From a virus (taxonomy: Duplodnaviria; Heunggongvirae; Uroviricota; Caudoviricetes), in the IMG/VR virus record IMGVR_UViG_2671181100_000007, positions 1 through 23,430 of that record: DNA of 23,430 nucleotides. One strand, written 5' to 3'. The translations under genes and the position numbers were made by a program. Positions 1 through 6,886 of this stretch are shown piece by piece. Position 1 is the first letter of the stretch. Each line of letters starts with the position of its first letter. The notes under the pieces are model-generated. The model searched no databases, was not told the DNA's origin, and worked only from the letters and a program-made list of their open reading frames with translations.

Positions 1-933
1 ATGGACAACGACAAAATTGATCAACACAGCGACGAAATTGAAGTTGAGAGCGAAGAAAAAGAGCGCGGCAAAAAAATAGAAATAGATGAAGACCGACTCC
101 CCTCCCGGGCGATGGCAATTCATGAGCATATCCGCCAGGATGGTGAAAAAGAGCTGGAACGCGACGCAATGGCGCTACTGTGGTCAGCCATTGCGGCGGG
201 TCTGTCGATGGGCGCTTCGTTACTGGCAAAAGGGATATTTCATGTCGAACTGGAAGGTGTGCCGGGCAGCTTCTTACTGGAGAATCTCGGTTATACCTTT
301 GGTTTTATTATCGTCATAATGGCCCGCCAGCAATTATTTACCGAAAACACCGTGACTGCGGTACTACCCGTCATGCAAAAACCGACAATGAGCAACGTTG
401 GCTTACTTATGCGGTTATGGGGAGTCGTGCTGCTGGGTAATATTCTCGGGACTGGTATTGCTGCGTGGGCATTTGAATATATGCCTATCTTCAATGAAGA
501 AACTCGCGATGCATTTGTCAAAATCGGCATGGATGTGATGAAGAACACCCCCAGCGAGATGTTTGCCAACGCGATCATTTCCGGCTGGCTGATCGCCACT
601 ATGGTATGGATGTTTCCTGCAGCAGGTGCGGCAAAGATTGTGGTGATTATATTGATGACCTGGCTTATTGCCCTGGGTGACACCACCCATATCGTGGTCG
701 GTTCTGTTGAAATCCTCTATCTGGTGTTTAACGGTACGCTGCACTGGAGCGATTTCATCTGGCCCTTCGCACTACCTACTTTAGCGGGGAACATCTGCGG
801 CGGCACCTTTATCTTCGCGTTAATGAGTCATGCACAGATTCGTAACGACATGAGCAACAAGCGTAAAGCAGAAGCACGCCAAAAAGCAGAACGTGCGGAA
901 AACATTAAGAAAAATGATAAAAACCCGGCATAA
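1..933 (+). CDS. yfdC: Formate/nitrite transporter (FNT) family inner-membrane protein, YfdC-like; host gene flanking the island
   Basis: Complete 310-aa ORF from ATG at nt 1 to TAA at 931-933; several hydrophobic helical stretches; translation matches my recollection of E. coli YfdC; composition looks like core enterobacterial DNA. Confidence 0.85.
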   Translation: MDNDKIDQHSDEIEVESEEKERGKKIEIDEDRLPSRAMAIHEHIRQDGEKELERDAMALLWSAIAAGLSMGASLLAKGIFHVELEGVPGSFLLENLGYTFGFIIVIMARQQLFTENTVTAVLPVMQKPTMSNVGLLMRLWGVVLLGNILGTGIAAWAFEYMPIFNEETRDAFVKIGMDVMKNTPSEMFANAIISGWLIATMVWMFPAAGAAKIVVIILMTWLIALGDTTHIVVGSVEILYLVFNGTLHWSDFIWPFALPTLAGNICGGTFIFALMSHAQIRNDMSNKRKAEARQKAERAENIKKNDKNPA

Positions 934-1005
934 ATGGCGAGGGTTTAAGCAATCGAGCGGCAGCGTACTTACCCCGCACTCCATTAGCGGGTATACTCAT
1001 GCCGC

Positions 1006-1027
1006 ATTGTCCTCTTAGTTAAATGGA
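1006..1027 (+). pseudogene. argW: 5' fragment (22 nt) of a tRNA-Arg gene (argW-like); cloverleaf cannot be completed, so not a functional tRNA
   Basis: GTCCTCTTAGTTAAATGGATAT matches the remembered 5' end of argW (acceptor stem plus D-arm start), about 70 bp after the yfdC stop as in K-12. The following sequence (GGTTATAAAACAATC...) cannot pair as D-stem, anticodon or T-arm. Confidence 0.45.
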
Positions 1028-1125
1028 TATGGTTATAAAACAATCTAATATATTGTTTTAAAAAGAGAAACATCAAAATAAATCACTTTCATTGTACTCG
1101 TTTATGTACACACAATCCGTTGACT

Positions 1126-1518
1126 TTATATGACAGGGCATTCGTCATCAGTAGGCCAAGCTCGATTGATGACGAATGTCACCACCCCGACAACTGTAAC
1201 ATCATCCAAAGCCTCGCCTTCCAGAGCCTCACCGTCTCTTGTAATGAATGCCCGGCCCATAATTTTTGCAAAATCAGTGCCGCCGCCGTATTGAATTAAA
1301 ACGGTATCTCCTTGCTTTGGTTTACCGGAGACATCGACTACGGTGTAACCAGTTTCTGTCTGAACGAGCCTGGTATTTGGGCCGGTACCGCAGAGTTTAT
1401 CGACGGTCAGTCGTACTTCTACATAGTCTGCTGCTGGCGACGGAAATCCCACGTTATAGCCCTCCGTTCGGGTTGTATAACTGGAACGTGCGCTCATCGC
1501 CTTCCTGCGTTGAGACAT
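1126..1518 (-). CDS. UmuD/LexA-like S24 peptidase-fold protein, orphan (no umuC/polV gene downstream); start codon uncertain (ATG 1518 or 1497)
   Basis: 130-aa ORF with about 23 residues preceding GFPSPAADYVE, the hallmark block that follows the self-cleavage site in UmuD/LexA-family proteins. A Lys candidate is present (DFAKIM); the Ser nucleophile position appears to be Thr (TGYTV versus UmuD SGDSM). Confidence 0.5.
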   Translation of the reverse strand: MSQRRKAMSARSSYTTRTEGYNVGFPSPAADYVEVRLTVDKLCGTGPNTRLVQTETGYTVVDVSGKPKQGDTVLIQYGGGTDFAKIMGRAFITRDGEALEGEALDDVTVVGVVTFVINRAWPTDDECPVI

Positions 1519-1693
1519 CCCGGAATGTCGTCACATAGTGCTCTATCCACTGGTTAGCCTGGCGTGGCGACCAGTGCCAGTTAACTTTTGCGAGTTCCCG
1601 GATAAAACCGGACGTTGTCACGGTGCGGCGGCCATTAGGCTCAATGACCATTGCCTGACGCCAGGCTATTTCGATATCTGAGTTTCGCGGCAT
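1454..1693 (-). CDS. Hypothetical 79-aa protein, first ORF of the LexA-box-controlled cassette; overlaps the UmuD-like ORF by 65 nt in another frame (possible frameshifted single gene)
   Basis: ATG at 1693 preceded by a strong SD (AAGGAGGTG, 7-nt spacer); LexA box 2 nt upstream of the SD; no recognisable family. Confidence 0.5.
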   Translation of the reverse strand: MPRNSDIEIAWRQAMVIEPNGRRTVTTSGFIRELAKVNWHWSPRQANQWIEHYVTTFRDVSTQEGDERTFQLYNPNGGL

Positions 1694-1710
1694 AATTTCA
1701 CCTCCTTAAA

Positions 1711-1730
1711 TACTGTTTTTATATACAGTA
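1711..1730 (-). promoter_or_regulatory. LexA operator (SOS box) TACTGTTTTTATATACAGTA
   Basis: 20-bp palindrome with CTGT-N8-ACAG spacing, near-perfect to the E. coli LexA consensus TACTGTATATATATACAGTA; sits directly upstream of the RBS of the 1693 start and overlaps candidate -10 hexamers. Confidence 0.7.
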
Positions 1731-1802
1731 GATTTAATGAGGGATCTGATCAATACAGGTTACAGCTATCGATCAGACGCACCGACGCAACGCAATGATT
1801 TT

Positions 1803-1868
1803 AAGAGGCGGGCAGGTACTTGTAGGCTGTCTTCACCTTTCCCCTCATCACACTCCTGCTGACGATTG
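1803..1868. repeat. Decayed copy (D) of the serine-invertase 3'-terminal coding sequence; direct repeat of 4295-4365
   Basis: About 65 bp alignable to the invertase 3' end (GGTACTTGTAG..TGT.TTCAC); reverse strand translates ...VKTAYKYLPAS* versus invertase ...VKTIYKYLPAT*. Confidence 0.5.
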
Positions 1869-1903
1869 GACCTCCTTTCCTCATGGTGAAGTAGTAACCG
1901 CAT

Positions 1904-1932
1904 AAAAAAAGGCACCTATTAGGTGCCTTTTT
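1904..1932. terminator. Bidirectional rho-independent terminator
   Basis: A7 - GGCACCT ATT AGGTGCC - T5: perfect 7-bp GC-rich stem flanked by an A-run and a T-run. Confidence 0.7.
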
Positions 1933-2212
1933 AATATACTTTCTTAGCAACGAACCAAGAAAGCCCAAGCCTCGTAGCCATAATCATGCGCATCAAGGAC
2001 TTTTGCGGACTTCCCGCGAACCTTACGGTAGCGACAGAAGACCCAGCGGAATCCCTTCGGAGCCGCTTTTGAAACAACTGACTTTAAACCCATCCATAAA
2101 CACCTCCTTACCGAGAGAGATTTTTCCTTGAACCTACTCTCCCGAAGTGTTATGTTCGGGTTGCTTATAGAGAAGTTCACGGTGCGATGCCTCTTGGTAT
2201 CATCGCCTAGTT

Positions 2213-2250
2213 AAACCCTGATGGTTGGCGCCGTCAGGGTTTTACTTTTT
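2213..2250 (+). terminator. Intrinsic terminator hairpin (strong on plus strand, weak on minus strand just after the ImmA stop)
   Basis: AACCCTGA-N12-TCAGGGTT followed by TTTACTTTTTT on the plus strand. Confidence 0.5.
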
Positions 2251-2770
2251 TAATAACTGTTTTTGATAATCTGCTGCGTGTGCAGAAACCCCACACGCTT
2301 CAGCTATTTCTTCTACAGACATGCCTCTTAGTAGAGCTGCATGGCTGTAGGGGACGAGCAACTCTCCACTAAAGCACTTTGCCTGCCACTCGCTGCTTTC
2401 AAAAGCTCGAATTTCCACTCCTGGCTCAGCTCGAGCAAAAGCAATATTTTTATGCATTAGTAGATGTCCAATCTCATGAGCAACCGTCATACGATCACGC
2501 CCGTTTCCTTCATGAGCTCCCTCATAAACATCTTCACGAAGGATGATAAGCGAGTCCTGAGGCATAGTTAGCCCATGTGTCCCCCCCCATCTCCTTTTCA
2601 GAAGCTGTTTCAAACGAAAAGTTAGGTAAGATCTGCGGTAGTGCGAACTCCAGCATTTCAATTACGGGAAAATACAAATCATGTATTTTCAGCATCGAGC
2701 GTAATTTGCTTGTTAAACCACGCACCGCGTTGCGGCTTAAAGGTGGTACTCGATAATCTTGTCCGCTCAA
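2242..2770 (-). CDS. ImmA/IrrE-family zinc metallopeptidase (HEIGH motif), reading frame split at a C8/G8 homopolymer (2581-2588); intact only if the tract is 7 nt
   Basis: TTG start at 2770 with AGGAGG SD gives the N-terminal 78 codons; the C-terminal 139-codon ORF (2242-2661) contains TVAHEIGHLLMH (HExxH). The two frames join if one G is removed from the G8 run (minus-strand GAG ATG GGG GGG ACA CAT ... reads EMGGTHGLTMPQ). Confidence 0.7.
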
Positions 2771-2784
2771 ACAGAGCCTCCTAC

Positions 2785-3144
2785 TTATTGTTTTTTAGTT
2801 AACAATTCACGTAGACGTTTAAACTCATCATCACTTAATTCATCGAAATTACGTGCAAATGCCATCGCTACTTCACGAGCATTTTGATTCTTACCCGATA
2901 GATTAATCTCAACAGATTGTTGAGAATCACGCGCCGCTTTTGTTAACTCATCTCCTGCATGAACGCCTTCATTAGTGAAATAGCTAATGATACTTTTCAA
3001 TACAGGATCGGTTACAGCCCGCTTTCCTGTTTCAATTGCTGAGAGGTAAGACGAGGTCACGCCCATAGCATCAGCCATGCTTTTCAGCGTGACACCGACG
3101 TCTATACGTAATTTCCTTACTTTCTTACCAAACGGCGTTAACAT
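2785..3144 (-). CDS. XRE-family helix-turn-helix transcriptional regulator (ImmR-like partner of the metallopeptidase)
   Basis: 119 aa; N-terminal block VRKLRIDVGVTLKSMADAMGVTSSYLSAIETGKR fits the Cro/C1-type HTH pattern; ATG at 3144 with AGAGG SD; stop 12 nt upstream of the ImmA start (operon). Confidence 0.8.
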   Translation of the reverse strand: MLTPFGKKVRKLRIDVGVTLKSMADAMGVTSSYLSAIETGKRAVTDPVLKSIISYFTNEGVHAGDELTKAARDSQQSVEINLSGKNQNAREVAMAFARNFDELSDDEFKRLRELLTKKQ

Positions 3145-3520
3145 ATTTTTGCCTCTCTAATGTGCGTGAGAGTCAGGTACAACTCGACTCTGAGTGCAAG
3201 ATAACAAGCCGCAGATGAAAAATCAACTGATTTCTGTTAATTTTTGCATCGAGCTTTAGTTCATCAATGTAGACAGATGATAGTTCATATTGTTCTACTT
3301 AGCTTGCCAGAGAATGCTAAAAGTACTTGCGATATCCCATTACTCATTGATGTATATAGATACAAGTACCTTGCGACATCGGAAATGGAGCAGCTTCAGC
3401 GTTATGAAAGCTGCTCCACGGGATTTCTGGGGGCGTATAATCAAGGCTCTGAAGTTATAGCAAATTGCTCATCTGAGGGCTCTGGCATACAGTTCGCAGG
3501 TGAGCAAACTTAACCGGCTG

Positions 3521-3568
3521 GAAAATATTTATAAATCGTCTTCACCCCCTCCTATTACATCGGCTACC
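3521..3568. repeat. Decayed copy (A) of the invertase 3'-end sequence
   Basis: AAATCGTCTTCACCCC...ACATCGGC; reverse strand reads ..VADVIGGGEDDL*; about 80% identical to copy B. Confidence 0.5.
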
Positions 3569-3638
3569 GACCCAATGTTTTAACTGCTCAGACCAGAAAT
3601 ATCTGGAAGCTTTAGGCATCTTCTTGGAAGATAGATGA

Positions 3639-3712
3639 GCGCAAAGACGCACACAGCAATGATGTTATGTAGTATTTTCCCCTTGAGTGTGCCTGCTCAA
3701 GGGGATTTTTTA
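3639..3712 (+). repeat. IR2 left copy (~74 bp), inverted copy of 7724-7798; contains terminator hairpin 3678-3711 (TCCCCTTGAG-N8-CTCAAGGGGA + T6)
   Basis: Aligns base-for-base with the reverse complement of 7724-7798 with about 4 mismatches; hairpin followed by TTTTTT on the plus strand. Confidence 0.65.
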
Positions 3713-3728
3713 TCGCCGTATTGTACTG

Positions 3729-3780
3729 GCAAATATTAGTAAATCGTCTTCACCCCACGCCTGTCACATCGGCCACACGC
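3729..3780. repeat. Decayed copy (B) of the invertase 3'-end sequence, abutting the stop of the recombinase-like fragment
   Basis: CACGCCTGTCACATCGGCCAC matches the invertase 3' coding sequence CACGCCTGTCACATCAGCCAC; reverse strand reads ..VADVTGVG* and, one frame over, VKTIY*. Confidence 0.55.
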
Positions 3781-3794
3781 GGCTGGACAGGCGG

Positions 3795-4217
3795 TTAGTC
3801 CGGTATGTTTCTCGCGCTACTACTGCTTACGTTAACGTCTGGTAATGATCTAGCGGCGCGACGTAAAGCGGCGTTGAAAGCAATTATAGTGACCGGCCGG
3901 CGTTGGTACTTCACACGGTTAGAATGGCTCTGAAATAAAAAAACATCTTCTGGATAGCGTTCTCTTCTACGAGCAATGATCCCCTCCACTGGAGGGGTTG
4001 ATTCAACACGTAGCTCTTTCAGGTGATCCTGTTTTCGTATCAGTATCAAGCCATCATCAATATCATCATATCGAATACTCAGCAGCCTTCCAGCGCTTAA
4101 ACCTGTGTGAAAAATTAACGCCCACAAGTCTGCCCATGTATCCGAGATGGAAACAAGATTGCTGTTAATAGTTAAAAATTGTTCAAAACTTATTGTTTTC
4201 TTACCGTTCACGAACAA
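3795..4217 (-). pseudogene. Tyrosine-recombinase-like fragment (FimB/FimE/Xer-type catalytic-domain N-terminal half; lacks the HxxR and Tyr region); TTG start, no SD
   Basis: 140-aa ORF with HTGLSAGRLLSIRYDDIDDGLILIRKQ resembling the first conserved box of tyrosine recombinases (TGxRxSELxxLxxxDID); ends before any H-x-x-R ... Y motif. Confidence 0.4.
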
Positions 4218-4294
4218 ACCAAACTGTTTTCAAAGCTGAATGAATTGATTAAGCCAAACGTAACATATCAGGAAAAGTAGTGAAATCTTTGTCT

Positions 4295-4842
4295 TCAAGT
4301 CGCCGGGAGGTACTTGTAGATTGTTTTCACGTCCACGCCTGTCACATCAGCCACCTGCTGCCGGGTAGCGCCAGTACCCAACATCCTGCGGCATCGCTCC
4401 ACAACCTCAGTGGTCATTACCCGCCGGCGGCCACCAATACACCCTGCTCTCTCGCCGCCACCAGGCCTGCGCGGGTCCTCTCCACAATCAGCTCTCGTTC
4501 CATCTCTACCAGCGCGCTCATGACGTGGAAGAAGAAGCGGCCGGCGGCCGTGCTGGTATCGATGCTATCGGTCAGGCTTCGGAAATTTACCCCGCGGGCC
4601 TGCAGCTCCGAGACCAGAGTGATTAAGTCGCGCACGCTGCGCCCCAGCCGATCCCGTTTCCAGACCACCAGCACATCGCCCGGGCGGAGCCGCCGTAAGG
4701 CGCGCTTTAACCCTGGCCGCCGGGCATTTTTCCCGCTGGCCATATCCTCAAAAACCAGCTCACATTCTGCGCGGAGCAGCGCGTTTTTCTGTAAATCGAG
4801 GTTTTGATCCCCGGTGGATACCCTCGCATAGCCAATCAGCAC
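4295..4842 (-). CDS. Serine DNA invertase (Gin/Pin/Hin/Cin family); frameshifted near 4436-4440 (catalytic domain ORF 4417-4842; C-terminal HTH continues in another frame to TGA at 4295-4297)
   Basis: GTG start with AGGAG SD; MLIGYARVSTGDQNLDLQ...VVWKRDRLGRS...SLTDSIDTSTAAGRFFFHVMSALVEMEREL is near-collinear with Mu Gin as recalled, including the catalytic Ser in RVSTGDQ. The shifted frame after codon ~135 reads IGGRRRVMTTEVVERCRRMLGTGATRQQVADVTGVDVKTIYKYLPAT (HTH domain). Confidence 0.85.
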
Positions 4843-4885
4843 TATCTAACTCCTTGAAATAGCTGATTGTAAAAAGCCACGGCCA

Positions 4886-4939
4886 TTCGCTCAAACCCTC
4901 GTTTGAGCGAACGCCTTTTTTGGAGCAAAAAACATGGCC
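4886..4939. repeat. Left inverted repeat (54 bp) containing a 26-bp gix/hix-like crossover site TTCGCTCAAACC-CT-CGTTTGAGCGAA (4886-4911), plus the RBS and ATGGCC start of the SGNH tail-fibre gene
   Basis: 53/54 identical to the reverse complement of 11198-11251; site has the Hin/Gin-type architecture (12-bp imperfect inverted half-sites with AAACC/GGTTT cores around a 2-bp centre). Confidence 0.75.
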
Positions 4940-6880
4940 TTTAACCCGGAGCTGGGGAGCACGTCTCCCGCTGTGTTGCTCGATAACGCCGAGCGCCTGG
5001 ATAAGCTGGTCAATGGGGATGCGGCCACCGTTCCCGACCGGGCCGGACAACCGCTGGACTCCTGGCGTCTTATGCTGCAGACCTTCGCTGCTGTTGTCGA
5101 AAATACCCGCCAGAACCTGATCCCACTTGGCAAGCAATACCAGAGTGTGGAAGAGGCTCAGGCTGATATTGCCAGTATTCCAGAAGGTGCCACCACCTAT
5201 GCACGCAGTCCGGATGATTCTGCTCTGGCGATCGAATACCGAAATGTCTCCGGGACGCTGACGGAAACCGGGCGCAGGATGCCATCACAGAGCTCTGTCG
5301 ACGCAGTTATCCAGTTTATCGATGAGTTTATTGCCAGTGGGGCTGTCAGTGGTGACTTCTTCCCTTTCTTTGTCGATGGGGCCGGGAACGTGCCTGTGTA
5401 CTGGGATAACGGTTTTGCGGTTTCCCGGATTGCCGCATCGTTGTATCAGATGATCTATGAGGATGTTCATGCGCGGCTGGGGGATGCGTTGAATGTGCAG
5501 GTAACAGGGGTTTCCCCTCTGTTTTTCCCGTTATTCATGGACAGCGCCGGCAATGTACCGGTGTACTGGAATGGTGGGCTGGATGCGTCGGCAATTGCGA
5601 CGGGGCTGCTGGAAAAAATATGGGCTTATATCAACGATATCATCGCCAGCGCGCTTAACCAGAATGTCCCTCTGGTTTCCCCTGGTTTTGTACCAGGGAT
5701 GATGGATGCCGCCGGAAACGTCCCGTTCTGGTTCCAGGATGGCGAGCTTGATGCGACGGGCATCGGGCCAAACATCAGGGGAATTTTTGCAAGATGGTAT
5801 CAGCGGCGTATGTACACCGCTGCTTACAACATTCCTCTGCATACCGACGGGCGAACTCTGTGGCGCTGGAAAGCGAAGAAAGCTCAGCTCAAAGCTGGCC
5901 TTGCAACCCGGCCACACTTCATGCTGACGGGTGACAGCTGGACGCAGAATAACGAACTGGCGACCGCTATCGCCGGGCTGCTGCATGATGATTATGGTGA
6001 TGCCGGTCTTGGCTGGCGCACGGTTAACTACGGAGCGGCACGCGATGGCTCGAATATCAACCGCTCTGCAGGGTGGAATTTGTATGACTCATCGCCGACA
6101 AGTGGTGCGCCGCTGTACGGCTGCGGAATTGATGGTCAGTCAGTCAATACGACCATGGCGACCGACTATTTCAGGGTGACGAATGTCCGCTGCACGGACT
6201 ACCGTATTTACTACCAGGATTTGAACGGGCGTTTCCAGTACGGCTACGACGCTGGCGGGATCACTCAGTGGACAGAGGTTGTCTGCGGGAATACCGGCAC
6301 GACAAAATCGGTGTTGCTGACAGGCATGGCCGACGAGGTCAGAACCATATACATCAAAACCGATGGCAACACGGGGCGTGTCGCTATCCACGGGTTTTAT
6401 CTGTGGCGCAGCGGCGTTGCGGGGTGTGTGATGAGCAAGGCGGGGAATTCCGGGATTCTTGCCGATCAGTTCCTGCTGTTCTCCGACAAAATCGCAGAGT
6501 ACCTGAGCACAATGCAGCCTGACGTGATTGCGATTGTCATCGGGAATAACGATTACAGGATTTCTGAATCGACAGCCACATTCCGTACTGCTCTGCAAAC
6601 GTACATTGCTGCCTGTCGCGCCGTGCTCCCTGATGTGAGCTTTATTCTGATGGCACCACCCCGCACGAACGGAACAGCAATAACGCCCATCGTTGATTTC
6701 CGTGATGTCATGTACGACCTGTCACAGACGCTGAATGTCGAGTTTTTCAGCATCTATGACCTTTTCGACTCCTGGGCTGAAATGAACAGCCTCGGCTGCT
6801 TTCTCGATAACCTGCACCCGAATGCTACGGGCAGCAACCTGGTCGCAACGTCACTCTACAATGCACTGATTAAAGGCTAA
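4934..6880 (+). CDS. Tail fibre/tailspike protein (648 aa): shared N-terminal anchor domain, three tandem ~55-aa repeats, C-terminal SGNH/GDSL hydrolase (esterase) domain
   Basis: N-terminal ~115 aa homologous to the N-terminus of the 1113-aa fibre. Repeats FPFFVDGAGNVPVYWDNG / FPLFMDSAGNVPVYWNGG / VPGMMDAAGNVPFWFQDG. SGNH blocks: MLTGDSWTQ (GDS), VIGNNDY (GxND), DNLHPN (DxxH). Confidence 0.8.
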   Translation: MAFNPELGSTSPAVLLDNAERLDKLVNGDAATVPDRAGQPLDSWRLMLQTFAAVVENTRQNLIPLGKQYQSVEEAQADIASIPEGATTYARSPDDSALAIEYRNVSGTLTETGRRMPSQSSVDAVIQFIDEFIASGAVSGDFFPFFVDGAGNVPVYWDNGFAVSRIAASLYQMIYEDVHARLGDALNVQVTGVSPLFFPLFMDSAGNVPVYWNGGLDASAIATGLLEKIWAYINDIIASALNQNVPLVSPGFVPGMMDAAGNVPFWFQDGELDATGIGPNIRGIFARWYQRRMYTAAYNIPLHTDGRTLWRWKAKKAQLKAGLATRPHFMLTGDSWTQNNELATAIAGLLHDDYGDAGLGWRTVNYGAARDGSNINRSAGWNLYDSSPTSGAPLYGCGIDGQSVNTTMATDYFRVTNVRCTDYRIYYQDLNGRFQYGYDAGGITQWTEVVCGNTGTTKSVLLTGMADEVRTIYIKTDGNTGRVAIHGFYLWRSGVAGCVMSKAGNSGILADQFLLFSDKIAEYLSTMQPDVIAIVIGNNDYRISESTATFRTALQTYIAACRAVLPDVSFILMAPPRTNGTAITPIVDFRDVMYDLSQTLNVEFFSIYDLFDSWAEMNSLGCFLDNLHPNATGSNLVATSLYNALIKG

Positions 6881-6886
6881 TTTCTT

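Noticed and set aside
1139-1190. 12-bp inverted repeat (CATTCGTCATCA-N16-TGATGACGAATG) as a possible att or operator site
   Set aside because: Falls inside the 3' coding region of the UmuD-like ORF with no T-run or partner copy elsewhere in the window; insufficient evidence for a function.
3244-3513. 89-aa plus-strand ORF upstream of invertase-end copy A
   Set aside because: No convincing RBS, AT-rich low-complexity sequence, no recognisable family; could equally be the promoter/operator region of the divergent HTH gene. Not called as a gene.
4280-4807. 175-aa plus-strand ORF (Ser/Arg-rich)
   Set aside because: Lies entirely antisense to the well-supported invertase gene, low-complexity translation, GTG start without RBS; treated as a shadow ORF.
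4886-4920. Palindrome plus T-run upstream of the fibre start read as a simple rho-independent terminator
   Set aside because: First impression only. An identical inverted copy at the other segment end, the AAACC-NN-GGTTT half-site architecture and the adjacent Gin-like invertase identify it primarily as a recombination site; a terminator-like role is kept as a secondary hypothesis.
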